From positions 66,327 to 130,326 of the forward strand of contig JACQGC010000013.1 in assembly GCA_016199805.1 (NCBI GenBank): 64,000 bases of DNA, read 5' to 3'. The DNA comes from Candidatus Nomurabacteria bacterium (lineage in GTDB: Bacteria; Patescibacteriota; Minisyncoccia; Phycocordibacterales; UBA9973). The position numbers were made by a program, and so were the translations under genes. The notes beneath the pieces were generated by a model that worked only from the letters and a program-made list of their open reading frames with translations, had not been told where the DNA came from and did no database searches. The number at the start of each line of letters is the position of its first letter. Position 1 is the first letter of the stretch. Of the stretch, positions 46,395 to 56,520 are shown piece after piece.

Positions 46395-47684
46395 CTATCT
46401 CGAGAAGAGCAGACTCATTTTGGCACTCGCATCTTTGATGGAGTCCCCGACCGACATGTTATTGGAAAGCACATTATTAATCATACCACTAAAAATATTA
46501 TCTGTGTCTTTCGAAGATGGGTCCACCCAGCTTTTGGCGTATAGAGCGGAGCTGTAAAAAATCGGTGAATAGGCATCTGTGGGCTTGATGGCAAGCAAAT
46601 CTCGCCTGGCCGGAGCCACACCCGTAGCCAGGGCAAACTTGGCCGCAAAATCACTAGTAGCCATACGGCTCGCGGCCACAAAGGCCGTATTGATGTTCTT
46701 GGAAAAAGCCGAGATGGCCAGCCCGGTGACTCTGGCGCTGGTAAGTTTAAAATTCGCATTCTTCATCTGGGGAAACGGGGCTATAAAAAAGTTTTGATTT
46801 GGATTTCTATTTACGAGAGTTTGTAGCTCGGAAGCAAAGCCAAAATAAAGTGCCGAATTTTCCGATGAAAAAACATCCAGAGAACTTGGAAAGGACGCAT
46901 TCCAGGAATACGTGGCGACATTGTTTGGGTCGGCAAAATCCGTATAAAATTTTAGCACGCCGGGAAGATTGGTATTCCCTGCCGATGAATCCAAGGTTGA
47001 GCTGAAAATACCGCCTGATTCCGCGACGATAGGATTTCCGGCTTGCATAAACAAGGCGGCCAAAATATCTTTGGCATTATTCACATTTGAATAGTGTCCG
47101 AGTGCTACTTCCGGTTTTACTATTTTATTTGAACTGTCTTTTTTGACCAGGGTCGGCACAAGAGCTACTAAATCATCCCAGGTGGCGGGTGGATACACTA
47201 CTCCGCTCGCATCCAAAATACTTCGGTTGTAGTACATCATGAGCGGGTCTACAGACATTGGAAAAGCCAAGATGCCCTTCCCTGTCAGAAATACTTCCCC
47301 TGCTCCGGCAAAAACATTTTTAAAAGAAGAGAGCGGGTAGCTGGAATACGGAATGGCCAAAATTTTGTTGGCATAATGAAAGGCCAAATCGTCCGGTAAG
47401 AAAAAAATATCTGGGCCGGAACCGGTAGCCAGGGCTTCAAGTAAATCTTGGTCAAAAGTATCTGAAGACTTTTGCACATATTTCACCACAAAAGTCGGGT
47501 TGGCATTATTAAAATCCTCGAGCGGAGCGTTTATCATACTCGTAGGCACTGTGCCCCATAGAGTAACCGTGCCCAGACTGGCTGTATTGTCACTCCCCAA
47601 TTTTATCGCTCCGGAAAAAACCAAAATACCGAAAATAGCGGCGGCAATGAATACGATTAAAATAATAAGTTGAAAATTTTTCAT
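46395..47684 (-). CDS. membrane-anchored extracellular solute-binding-protein-like protein (SBP family 1-like)
   Basis: N-terminal TM. 'TFVVKYVQKSSDTFDQDLLEALATGSGPDIFFLPDD' is typical of SBP_bac_1. Its stop is 24 nt upstream of array member 1. Confidence 0.5.
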   Translation of the reverse strand: MKNFQLIILIVFIAAAIFGILVFSGAIKLGSDNTASLGTVTLWGTVPTSMINAPLEDFNNANPTFVVKYVQKSSDTFDQDLLEALATGSGPDIFFLPDDLAFHYANKILAIPYSSYPLSSFKNVFAGAGEVFLTGKGILAFPMSVDPLMMYYNRSILDASGVVYPPATWDDLVALVPTLVKKDSSNKIVKPEVALGHYSNVNNAKDILAALFMQAGNPIVAESGGIFSSTLDSSAGNTNLPGVLKFYTDFADPNNVATYSWNASFPSSLDVFSSENSALYFGFASELQTLVNRNPNQNFFIAPFPQMKNANFKLTSARVTGLAISAFSKNINTAFVAASRMATSDFAAKFALATGVAPARRDLLAIKPTDAYSPIFYSSALYAKSWVDPSSKDTDNIFSGMINNVLSNNMSVGDSIKDASAKMSLLFSR

Positions 47685-47715
47685 TTTTACTTTACGAACT
47701 TTATAACTTTCTACT

Positions 47716-48231
47716 TTATAACTTCCTTAAGATTATACCATAATGGTGCGCTCCGGCATCAATATCGCGAACCCAGGCAAAACCTTTTTTTTCAAACATC
47801 GTCCGCGCTTTTTCCCTGGGTACAATTCCGCCCCCTTTCATGATAGACTCCTCCGACCAATCAACCAAAAGCACCTTGCCGTTTGGCTTCAATATCCTTT
47901 TTATCTCCTCGATAAATTTTTCTTTGTCTTCAACCTGGAAGAGTACATTTGAAGCTATGGCTACATCCACTACTGTGTCGGCAATTTTCGTGCCACCCAG
48001 TTTTTCAATATTTCCCCAGATAATTTCCACGTTCGAGAGATGCGCTTCTTTTACCTTATGTTTGATGGTATCCAGAAAATCTTTCTGTAATTCAACGGCG
48101 TAAACTTTTCCCCGGGGCACGACAGCTCCGGCCGCCACGGAATAAAATCCGGTCCCAGCGCCCAAATCAGCCACGATATCATTTTCAGCAAGTCCCAAAG
48201 TTTTTAAATTTTTTACCGGGTCGGTAAACAT
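47716..48231 (-). CDS. class I SAM-dependent methyltransferase
   Basis: Motif I 'VADLGAGTGFYS'. 'LKPNGKVLLVDW'. Confidence 0.7.
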   Translation of the reverse strand: MFTDPVKNLKTLGLAENDIVADLGAGTGFYSVAAGAVVPRGKVYAVELQKDFLDTIKHKVKEAHLSNVEIIWGNIEKLGGTKIADTVVDVAIASNVLFQVEDKEKFIEEIKRILKPNGKVLLVDWSEESIMKGGGIVPREKARTMFEKKGFAWVRDIDAGAHHYGIILRKL

Positions 48232-48247
48232 ATTTATATTGTACCAT

Positions 48248-50707
48248 TTATATGCAAGCGAGCGAGGCTATACCGTCTCCTCCGCGCAGGCGCATGACTG
48301 TCACGCCTTGAGTCTGACGCCCCAATGAAGAAATATCTTTGAGGGGTGTGCGGATGACCTGTCCTTTTTTGGACATGGCTATGAGCTCGGCTTCTTCGCC
48401 ACTGAGTACTTTGGCCACAATAAGCTTGCCTGTTTTTGGAGTCACTTTGGCTGTCTTTACGCCGGAGCCGCCGCGCTTTTGAACTTTGTATTCTTTCAAG
48501 TCGGTTTTCTTACCAAAACCGTTTGCGCTCATGGTCAGGAAGGCCGCCTTTTCACTGGTCTTCTTTATGACATCCACGCCGATGACTTGGTCACTTTTAC
48601 CAAGTCTGATGCCACTCACCCCGCCGGCAGTTCGTCCCATTTCGCGAACATCCGATTCTTTAAATCTGATGGATTGTCCGTCGGCAGTAGCTATCATCAC
48701 TTCGTCTCCTTTTTCAGTTACCAGCGCGGAAATAAGTTGGTCGTCTTTGTCGAGCCGAATAGCAATGATACCGCTACGGCGAACATCTTTGAAACCGGAG
48801 CTGGCCATTTTCTTGGCTGTGCCGCTTTTGGTGACAAGCATCAAAGAAGAAGGCGTCGTGCCCAAATCTTTTGGCATAGCCAAAATAGACGTGACTTTTT
48901 CATCTCCGGAAAGAGCCAAGAAATTCATGATGGATTTACCACGTGTGGCTCTACGACCTTCGGGAATATCGTACATTTTCATTTGGTAAACTTTTCCGAG
49001 GTTGGTAAAGAACAAGAGGTTGCTGTGCGTGGAACCGGAAACCAACATGGTCACAAAGTCTTCTTCTTTGGTTTCGAGGTCTATCACCCCCACTCCGCCG
49101 CGTTTCTGCGCGTGATATTCCGCAGGATCGGTGCATTTCACATATCCGCCGGCAGTCAGCACCAGCATGGTTTCTTTCTCCGGAACCAAATCTTCGTCGG
49201 AAATTTCTTTGACTCCGCCTTTGACTATCCTGGTTCTTCTTTCGTCGGAATATTTTTCCCGGATTTCTTTCAGTTCATCTGCGATGGTCTTCAGTATTTT
49301 CTTTGGGCTCGAGAGTAAGTCTTTCATCATGGCAATAAATTTCTGCTTCTCGGCAAGTTCATCTTCCACCGCTTTGCGCTCCAGTCCGGCCAGTTTTGCC
49401 AGCTTCATTTCCAAAATAGCCGTGGCCTGCAGGTCCGAAAACTTAAATTCCTTCATCAGGTTTAGTTTAGCCAGCTGGGAATTTTTTGAACCACGGATGA
49501 CGGTGATGACCCGGTCTATCTTATCCAGGGCTTTCTTTAAGCCGAGTAAAATGTGTTCCCGTTCTTCAGCTTTACGCAAGTCATAAGCGCTTCGGCGTTT
49601 GACAACTTCTTTTCTATGCTCAATAAATAAGGCTAAAATGGATTTTAGGGATAAAGTTTGAGGCACTCCGTCCACCAAGGCTACCATGTTGAAATTGAAA
49701 TTTGATTCAAGCTGGGTATTTTTGTAAATATAATTTAAAACTTTCTCGGGGTGCGCGCTCCCTTTCAAATCAATAACGATGCGAATGTCTTTGGTGGATT
49801 CATCTCGCAGACCCTTGATACCTTCCAGCTTTTTTTCCTGCACCAATTCCGCGATACTGACAATCAAATTGGCTTTGTTTACCCGGAAAGGAATGGAAGT
49901 TATAATGATAGAGAAATTCCCATCTTTTTGCTCGACTATTTCCGCTTCTCCTCGGCAAACCACTCCGCCGCGGCCAGAACCGTATGCATGAAGCATGTCT
50001 TTGTAGCCATAGGCAATGCCACCCGTAGGGAAATCCGGACCTTTTACAAATTGCATCAGGTCTTCGGTAGTGGCTTCATCGTTTTCAATTAAATAATTTG
50101 TCGCGTCCAAAACTTCCGCAAGATTGTGTGAAGGAATGTTTGTTGCCATACCAACGGCGATACCCAAAGTACCATTCAAGAGAAGTGCGGGCACGTTGGC
50201 TGGTAAAACTATCGGTTCTTTGCGGGTTTGGTCATAGTTTGGACGGAAATCCACTGTTTCCTTTTCCAAATCTTTCAGCAGTTCATTTGAAATTTTAGAC
50301 ATTTTTGCTTCGGTATAACGCATAGCCGCGGCATTGTCTCCATCTATAGAACCGAAGTTTCCTTGCCCGATAACCAGCGGATAACGATAAGAAAATTCCT
50401 GGGCCATACCCACCATGGAATCATAGACTGCTGTGTCGCCATGTGGATGATATTTTCCAAGCACATCTCCGACAATGGCCGCGGACTTGCGAAAACGCGC
50501 CGTGGAAGTGAGCCCCATTTCATTCATACCAAAAAGAATTCGGCGGTGCACTGGTTTGAGCCCATCCCGAACATCCGGCAGAGCGCGCGAAGTGATGACC
50601 GACATGGCATAGGCCAAGTATGACTCTTTCATTTCAGCAACGACATCCACTTGCAGAATTTCGTCTCTGGGTTTTTCTTCAATTGTTTCTACGTTCTTCT
50701 TCGCCAT
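48248..50707 (-). CDS. gyrA: DNA gyrase subunit A
   Basis: '[18 protein letters not shown]', '[26 protein letters not shown]', C-terminal beta-pinwheel repeats; 819 aa. Confidence 0.95.
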   Translation of the reverse strand: MAKKNVETIEEKPRDEILQVDVVAEMKESYLAYAMSVITSRALPDVRDGLKPVHRRILFGMNEMGLTSTARFRKSAAIVGDVLGKYHPHGDTAVYDSMVGMAQEFSYRYPLVIGQGNFGSIDGDNAAAMRYTEAKMSKISNELLKDLEKETVDFRPNYDQTRKEPIVLPANVPALLLNGTLGIAVGMATNIPSHNLAEVLDATNYLIENDEATTEDLMQFVKGPDFPTGGIAYGYKDMLHAYGSGRGGVVCRGEAEIVEQKDGNFSIIITSIPFRVNKANLIVSIAELVQEKKLEGIKGLRDESTKDIRIVIDLKGSAHPEKVLNYIYKNTQLESNFNFNMVALVDGVPQTLSLKSILALFIEHRKEVVKRRSAYDLRKAEEREHILLGLKKALDKIDRVITVIRGSKNSQLAKLNLMKEFKFSDLQATAILEMKLAKLAGLERKAVEDELAEKQKFIAMMKDLLSSPKKILKTIADELKEIREKYSDERRTRIVKGGVKEISDEDLVPEKETMLVLTAGGYVKCTDPAEYHAQKRGGVGVIDLETKEEDFVTMLVSGSTHSNLLFFTNLGKVYQMKMYDIPEGRRATRGKSIMNFLALSGDEKVTSILAMPKDLGTTPSSLMLVTKSGTAKKMASSGFKDVRRSGIIAIRLDKDDQLISALVTEKGDEVMIATADGQSIRFKESDVREMGRTAGGVSGIRLGKSDQVIGVDVIKKTSEKAAFLTMSANGFGKKTDLKEYKVQKRGGSGVKTAKVTPKTGKLIVAKVLSGEEAELIAMSKKGQVIRTPLKDISSLGRQTQGVTVMRLRGGDGIASLACI

Positions 50708-50933
50708 CCCATTAAAAAATTAAATTGATAAACTTTATTTTTTTACAAGTCCGCTGATTTTCTAACGGGACAAGTAAATTATTTATTTCATTAAAGTAAC
50801 TCCCAATGAATAAATCCATAGCAGAATTAAAATAACACCGCACACCACCACGAGAACATGCAAAACATGCCTTCTTACGTGTTGCGGTTGTCGTCTTATT
50901 CGTCTGATGTGATGAAAAATTTTTTCCATATAA

Positions 50934-51560
50934 TTACATTTCCTTTAAAACCACCACTTCTCCTTCTTTACCCTCTAAGTCTTTTCTCTTTAAGGTTAGC
51001 TTATCTACTGTTTCTGCTTTTTCTTCTCCCATCTCTTTCAGGAATGCTTTGAGCGTTTTGTCGTCGTAGTCCATAGGAATTATCATCTTTGGTTCAAGCG
51101 ATGAAGCCAGCTTAGCGGAAGATTTTGCATCGAGCATGCCGTTTCCGCCAACCGGAACAAAAAGAATATCCGGGCCATCGATAGCTTCACGGGTCTCTTT
51201 GGAAAGTTCCCCTTCTCCGAGCGCTCCCAAGAAAGCAATATTGATGCCATCCACAGAAAAAACATAGATAGTGTTTATATATTTTTTGCCGGTAAGTTCG
51301 GCGGGTGACATTACTCCTTTCACAAAAATTTCTTTGATTTCGTAGTCTCCCGGACCGTTGATGACAAAGGGTGCCCTGTCGCCATGAGAAAGTTGGTCTA
51401 CGCCGTTGTAATCCGGATGATTTGTCGTTACCAGCGCAATATCCGCGCCAAAATGTGCCGAAATGCCCGTCTTGGAGCTCTTGCTAACAGGATTAAAAGC
51501 TAAGACCAAGTCTCCTTGGCCAATCTTAAAAAACTGCTTGCCGAAATATGTGATAATCAT
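50934..51560 (-). CDS. metal-dependent hydrolase of the beta-lactamase fold (UPF0173-like); start placed at the internal Met
   Basis: 'MIITYFGKQFFKIGQGDLVLAFNP', 'TTNHPDYNGVD', 'DILFVPVGGNGMLD'. Confidence 0.6.
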   Translation of the reverse strand: MIITYFGKQFFKIGQGDLVLAFNPVSKSSKTGISAHFGADIALVTTNHPDYNGVDQLSHGDRAPFVINGPGDYEIKEIFVKGVMSPAELTGKKYINTIYVFSVDGINIAFLGALGEGELSKETREAIDGPDILFVPVGGNGMLDAKSSAKLASSLEPKMIIPMDYDDKTLKAFLKEMGEEKAETVDKLTLKRKDLEGKEGEVVVLKEM

Positions 51561-51597
51561 TAGGTGTATTATAGCAGAAAAATTCTGAAAACAAAAG

Positions 51598-51660
51598 AGA
51601 GAATTCAGGCAATTCAGCCTCACCCCCTACCCCCTCTCCAGAGTACTGGCGAGGGGAAAA
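51598..51660 (+). repeat. GC-rich imperfect palindromic repeat, copy 1 ('cctcaccccctaccccctctccagagtactggcgaggggaaaa')
   Basis: About 92% identical direct repeat of 51862..51925. Internal hairpin CCCCTC-U-CCAG-AGUA-CUGG-C-GAGGGG. Confidence 0.7.
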
Positions 51661-51715
51661 CTCACAACATAAATTTTTACTGGCGGTGCTCCTTGAAGGT
51701 GCGACCGCCAGCGTT

Positions 51716-51826
51716 CTAGTGGGACCATTCGGCTCCCACTACGACTCCCGCAACAAATATTGCAAGGAGGAGAGTGAAAACTCCCATCGTTCTCACTACT
51801 ATCCTCAATTTCTCGACGTAGGACAT
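51716..51826 (-). CDS. candidate 36-aa hydrophobic small protein (MSYVEKLRIVVRTMGVFTLLLAIFVAGVVVGAEWSH) with strong SD
   Basis: Manual translation. 'ggagg' lies 5 nt upstream of the ATG. Single predicted TM. GC-rich segment flanked by the two direct repeats. Confidence 0.3.
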   Translation of the reverse strand: MSYVEKLRIVVRTMGVFTLLLAIFVAGVVVGAEWSH

Positions 51827-51861
51827 GGCGCCTCCAAATAAGATATTACAACTATGGAATA

Positions 51862-51925
51862 TTTAGTCAATTCCGCCTCACCCCTTATCCCCTCTCCAGA
51901 GTACTGGCGAGGGGAAAATACAAAA
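51862..51925 (+). repeat. GC-rich imperfect palindromic repeat, copy 2
   Basis: 'caattccgcctcaccccttatcccctctccagagtactggcgaggggaaaa'. Confidence 0.7.
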
Positions 51926-52282
51926 TCAATTACTTGATAATTCTTTTATTTTATTCCTGATCTTGCCTATGGCATTCTCTAGGTTGCTTTCAATTTCTGA
52001 ATTCCAGAATCTCAAAACGTCTATATTTTTCCGGTTTAGGTAGTCCGTTCTATCTTTATCCCATTCTTTGTTTTCCTTTTCTTTGTGTGGAGAGCCATCA
52101 AGTTCAATGGCGAGTTTTAAGTCTGAAGCATAGAAGTCCAGAATATACATATCAACTGGATGCTGTCTTCTGAACTTTATGCCTAGTTTTTTATTTCTTA
52201 GTTTTTGCCACAAAATCTTTTCTGCTTTAGTCTCTTCTTGCCTTAAAACTCTTGCTTTGAGTATTGTTTTTAGTACTGGCAT
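51926..52282 (-). CDS. DUF559 (Vsr/very-short-patch-repair-like) endonuclease-domain protein
   Basis: 'GIKFRRQHPVDMYILDFYASDLKLAIELDGSPH...DVLRFWNSEI'. Confidence 0.7.
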   Translation of the reverse strand: MPVLKTILKARVLRQEETKAEKILWQKLRNKKLGIKFRRQHPVDMYILDFYASDLKLAIELDGSPHKEKENKEWDKDRTDYLNRKNIDVLRFWNSEIESNLENAIGKIRNKIKELSSN

Positions 52283-52304
52283 GAAAATAGTTTTTTAATC
52301 AGCG

Positions 52305-52826
52305 CTAAACCTTGATATATTTATAAATCTCATCAATAACTTCCATGAGGGGACGGTCTGCATTTATTGGAATAGCTCCTTCTTCCAATACTTCCTTTTC
52401 AAAATTTTTATACCAACTTAAAATATTTTCTTGATCTAAGGGATGTTTGCCGAAATCATGACTTTCTCTGTCTATGATTCTTTTCATAAAAGTTTCTTCT
52501 TTACACTTAAGCAAGAAAACCTTATCAAATAAACCTCTCAACTCGGAACGGTTATTAAATAGCCCCGCAACAGCTACAATATCTTTTGGACTATTTTTTA
52601 TCAGATTAGTTAATTTTTCTTTGTCACAAACATATTGATGCTTCCAATACCAATCTTTGGTCATCCCAGGGTGCCACTCTACTACTTCTTTTGTTTCTTT
52701 ATCTATCCAATGAGTTAAACCTTTAACTGAGTCTGCGTCAATAGGAAAAACACTCTTTTCGGCCAATTTTTCCACAACTGTAGATTTTCCTGTACCAGCA
52801 TTACCCGTTATATAAAATACTTTCAT
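52305..52826 (-). CDS. P-loop NTPase / small-molecule-kinase-like protein (start at internal 'MKVFYITG')
   Basis: Walker A 'GNAGTGKST'. Size and layout resemble adenylate/shikimate-kinase-like enzymes. Confidence 0.5.
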   Translation of the reverse strand: MKVFYITGNAGTGKSTVVEKLAEKSVFPIDADSVKGLTHWIDKETKEVVEWHPGMTKDWYWKHQYVCDKEKLTNLIKNSPKDIVAVAGLFNNRSELRGLFDKVFLLKCKEETFMKRIIDRESHDFGKHPLDQENILSWYKNFEKEVLEEGAIPINADRPLMEVIDEIYKYIKV

Positions 52827-52844
52827 AAACCAATAATACCACAT

Positions 52845-52960
52845 TCCCCTCGCCAGACCTCACCCTGCCCTCTCCGAAGTACCAGAGAGGGTTCGAACTC
52901 CTTCTCCAGTAATCTGGGGAAGGTTGGGATGGGGCTGGAGAGGGGTCAGGGGTGAGGCTT
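52845..52960 (+). repeat. degenerate inverted/nested copy of the GC-rich palindromic repeat
   Basis: 'cccctcgccag...cctcaccctgccctctccgaagtaccagagaggg...ctggagaggggtcaggggtgagg'. Confidence 0.55.
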
Positions 52961-53109
52961 GTGTTTTGGATTATTTCATAGTACTATCTGTTTAGTTGAA
53001 TATATATTAAAAGCAGGATTTGGGGTAACCCTCCCGGCATGAGTACGCCCCGAGAACCTAAACCTTATATCCGCTTTCATGCGGATGTTTTAATTTAATA
53101 AAGAATATT

Positions 53110-54204
53110 ATGAATGTAGATATAAAAGATACGGAAGAAATAGTGCCTGAAAATTTGGTTTTGAGTTCTATCACTGAACGCAGTGTAAACAAGCCGGAAG
53201 TTGATTCCCTGGTGGAAGGTCCGGTTATTTTAGTGGAAAAATCTTCCGTCTATGTAGATTTGAGCCCCTATGGCACAGGTATCATTTACGGACGGGAATT
53301 TATCAACGCCAAAGACGTAATCAAAAAGATAAGCTTGGGCGACATCGTCAAAGCGAAAATCGTCGACGCGGAAAATGAAGACGGCTACATAGAGCTTTCT
53401 CTAAAAGAAGCAAAGCAAGCCCTCACCTGGAGTGAAGCCGAAAAAGCTATTAAGGCAAAAACAATTTTGGACTTGGAGGTAAAAGACGCAAACAAAGGTG
53501 GTTTGATTTTGGAATGGCAAGGTATTCAGGGATTCTTGCCCGCTTCCCAACTCAAAGCCGACCATTATCCAAGAGTTCTGGATTCCGATAAAGATAAAAT
53601 TTTGAAAGAATTAAAAAAGCTCGTCGGCACGCGTATTTCTGTGATGATTATTTCCACCCTTCCAAAAGAAGGAAAACTAATTTTCTCCGAGAAAGACAAC
53701 AATCCTGAAGAGAAAAAAGAAGTTTTGAGTAAATACAACATCGGCGACACGGTAGACTGCACCGTCGCCGGCATAGTGGACTTCGGAGTATTCCTTAAGC
53801 TGGAAGAAGGGCTGGAAGGACTCGTGCATATCTCCGAGCTCGACTGGGGCCTGGTAGAAGACCCACGCAATCTGTTTAAAATCGGAGATAAAGTGGCAGC
53901 CAAAGTTATTGAAATCAAAGACGGAAAAATATCCCTTTCCTTAAAAGCTTTGAAGGAAAACCCTTGGAAAGAATTCGAGGGTAAATTGAAGAAAGGAGAC
54001 ATCATCAAAGGTGTCGTCATCAAGTACAACAAACACGGCGCGTTGGTATCCATCAAGGAAGGCGTAGCCGGACTGGTGCACAATTCCACCTTCCCTTCTG
54101 AAACCGCGCTTCGGACAAAATTGGAACTTGGCAAGAATTATAATTTTCAAATTACACTATTTGAACCTAGAGACCAGAAGATGACTTTGATTTACTTGGA
54201 ATAA
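53110..54204 (+). CDS. S1-domain RNA-binding protein (ribosomal protein S1-like, 4 S1 repeats)
   Basis: Repeated 'G..V.G.V..I...GAFV.L..G..GL.HIS' S1 units (e.g. 'GDTVDCTVAGIVDFGVFLKLEEGLEGLVHISEL'). Confidence 0.8.
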   Translation: MNVDIKDTEEIVPENLVLSSITERSVNKPEVDSLVEGPVILVEKSSVYVDLSPYGTGIIYGREFINAKDVIKKISLGDIVKAKIVDAENEDGYIELSLKEAKQALTWSEAEKAIKAKTILDLEVKDANKGGLILEWQGIQGFLPASQLKADHYPRVLDSDKDKILKELKKLVGTRISVMIISTLPKEGKLIFSEKDNNPEEKKEVLSKYNIGDTVDCTVAGIVDFGVFLKLEEGLEGLVHISELDWGLVEDPRNLFKIGDKVAAKVIEIKDGKISLSLKALKENPWKEFEGKLKKGDIIKGVVIKYNKHGALVSIKEGVAGLVHNSTFPSETALRTKLELGKNYNFQITLFEPRDQKMTLIYLE

Positions 54205-54212
54205 AACTAAAT

Positions 54213-54262
54213 CAAGCACAAAAAAAAGAACGCCTAAGCGTTCTTTTTTTTGTGCTTGATAT
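54213..54262. terminator. bidirectional rho-independent terminator between convergent genes
   Basis: 20-bp perfect inverted repeat 'aagcacaaaaaaaagaacgc-ctaa-gcgttcttttttttgtgctt'. Confidence 0.75.
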
Positions 54263-54271
54263 CAGTATTTT

Positions 54272-54892
54272 TTATATATTCGCCGCAACAGTAGACGAGA
54301 TAGCTGCCATATCTTCCCTACCTATGTCTTTCATTATAGCCAACACTTGTTCGGCATAACGAGGCACGATAGACGGCGGATTGTATGCGTTCAAAATCTG
54401 CTTGGTGGTTTTGTTGTCATAATGTCTGGCCGTGTTTGGATTGTTACCACCCAGATTTTTGGCCACAGTCTCGATAGTCTCATCTAGGGTTTTAAAGCTA
54501 ATCTTGCATGAGCCCCAACCGAATGGATTATTTTCCGCTTTTTTACAGTCGAACTTTCCACCTGTAGACTCTCGCACAGCAATAGCCGGCAACAATCTCC
54601 AGTCCAGGTCGTTAGCCTCTGCTTCTTCCGCCATCTTCAGTCCCATGCCTTCGAGTGGCATATCATGGGCCGCAAAGTAAGCATCGATGGCGTCTGCTTC
54701 CAATTTAAGGGTTGGGTCGACAGAAACCGCTGGAGAAATAAACGCAACTTGAGGCTGGTTTATAGCACTGATACTACCCGGAATATTCCCGAGAGGTATC
54801 GTCATGGTCATTATTGGTAAGATAATAAACGACTCCACGAACCTTATTGTTTTTGTTTTTTTCATAATGGGCGGTTGTGCTCCGCCAAACAA
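54272..54892 (-). CDS. secreted GH73-like (FlgJ/glucosaminidase-type) peptidoglycan hydrolase (tentative)
   Basis: 'LPAIAVRESTGGKFDCKKAENNPFGWG' resembles the GH73 'ESGWG....NN.FGIK' motif. N-terminal hydrophobic segment. Confidence 0.4.
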   Translation of the reverse strand: MFGGAQPPIMKKTKTIRFVESFIILPIMTMTIPLGNIPGSISAINQPQVAFISPAVSVDPTLKLEADAIDAYFAAHDMPLEGMGLKMAEEAEANDLDWRLLPAIAVRESTGGKFDCKKAENNPFGWGSCKISFKTLDETIETVAKNLGGNNPNTARHYDNKTTKQILNAYNPPSIVPRYAEQVLAIMKDIGREDMAAISSTVAANI

Positions 54893-55197
54893 AGGAATGA
54901 AATGACTATTGTTTGCGAGAGTGCAGGGCTACTTGTTGCTGCCTCCGCCAAGCCAATTAAGGTGAAAACTAAAAAACCCTTATTTAATAAGACAGATAAG
55001 TCATCTGGCCTATACAATAAGGATGTACTTTAATACTAGCATATTTAAATAAAAAAGTCAAGAGTTATGCAACACTTTTATCATCTGTCAAACCAAAAAA
55101 ACCTTATAAAATAAGGGCGGATTGGAATATACCCATTGACAAATTGTGTCTAAAATTGAACAATTAAGGGCCTGTGAACAACTTTTTTGCCCCGACC

Positions 55198-56520
55198 CTA
55201 TTCTCGGGGTCCCGACTCAAGGTCGGGAAAGACTTTTTCGGCAACCTTATAAGCTTCCCCTGCTCCCATCGTTACAAATACGTCTTTGGGACCCAGCTTC
55301 ATCTTGGAAATCCAGTCTTCGGCCACCGTGAAGTCCTCAAAAGCCACAGCTTCACCCCTATGCGCCCGTATTGCCTCGGCCAATTTCGTACTTGAAACCT
55401 CCGGGTCCGGGTTTTCTCGGGCAAAGTATATGGGCAGCAGGAAAACATTGTCCGCTTGGTCGAAACAGGTCACGAACTCATCAAACAGCGCTTTGGTTCT
55501 ACTATAGAGGTGTGGCTGGAAGAGAACCGTGATATTTTTTGTACCTTTGGGGTAAACCTCCCGCAAAGCTTCCAAGCTAGCCCGAACTTCCGTCGGATGA
55601 TGGGCATAGTCGTCGTAAACAATAGTGCCTTCCCTCGTCATCCCCTTTTTCTCGAGCCGGCGCCAGGTGCCTTCAAAACCAGCCAAGGAAATACTGGCCT
55701 GATCTGCCGGAATATTTAAAATTTCAGCTAAAGCCATGGCGCAAGCTGCGTTCATCCTGTTGTGAATACCTGGCACGGACAATTTTGGAACCTTATCCAA
55801 ATAAGCCGTGTAATCCATAATCTTTATATTCTCCCCATAGGTCTGACCTATGGGTAAATCTTTCGGGTTGCAAATCACAAAACTCTTTGTCTGGTTTATG
55901 AGACTACTAAAAGCACTTTGTATGTCTGCTAAGTCTTTATAATAGTCCAAATGGTCTGGCTCCATATTCGTAATAACCAAAACTGTCGGATTTATATTTA
56001 AAAATGATCTTTCATATTCGCAGGCCTCCACCACGAAGTAATTCCCCTTACCCACGACTAAGTTGGATTTGGATTCTTTTAAAAGACTGCCAACGATTAT
56101 CGATGGATCAAGTTTTGCATCCATTAGCATTTTGCCAATCATGGCTGTAGTTGTCGTCTTTCCATGGGTACCCGAAACAGCAATTGTATATTTGTTGTCC
56201 GTCACATAGTGCAACATTTGCGGGTAGCTTTTATATGGAATACTGGAATTTTTAATTTGCTCAAAAAGTTTCGGGTCATAGTGCGGAATGGCAATCGTGT
56301 AAACAATCAAATCCACACCAGCAGGTATTAATTCAAAACCCTGGCCGATAGTTATCTTTATTCCAAGGCCCATCAACTCGCGAGTCAATTCTCCTTCCGA
56401 CATATCAGAACCGGAAACCTCTTTACCCTCCAAAAACATCAACCGGGCAATAGCCGAGATACCAATTCCACCAATCCCCACAAAGAAAACTTTTTTAATT
56501 TTTGATAAATCTAAATTCAT
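55198..56520 (-). CDS. murC: UDP-N-acetylmuramate--L-alanine ligase
   Basis: 'VFFVGIGGIGISAIARLM', 'IAVSGTHGKTTTTAMIG', 'DYAHHPTE'. Confidence 0.9.
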   Translation of the reverse strand: MNLDLSKIKKVFFVGIGGIGISAIARLMFLEGKEVSGSDMSEGELTRELMGLGIKITIGQGFELIPAGVDLIVYTIAIPHYDPKLFEQIKNSSIPYKSYPQMLHYVTDNKYTIAVSGTHGKTTTTAMIGKMLMDAKLDPSIIVGSLLKESKSNLVVGKGNYFVVEACEYERSFLNINPTVLVITNMEPDHLDYYKDLADIQSAFSSLINQTKSFVICNPKDLPIGQTYGENIKIMDYTAYLDKVPKLSVPGIHNRMNAACAMALAEILNIPADQASISLAGFEGTWRRLEKKGMTREGTIVYDDYAHHPTEVRASLEALREVYPKGTKNITVLFQPHLYSRTKALFDEFVTCFDQADNVFLLPIYFARENPDPEVSSTKLAEAIRAHRGEAVAFEDFTVAEDWISKMKLGPKDVFVTMGAGEAYKVAEKVFPDLESGPRE

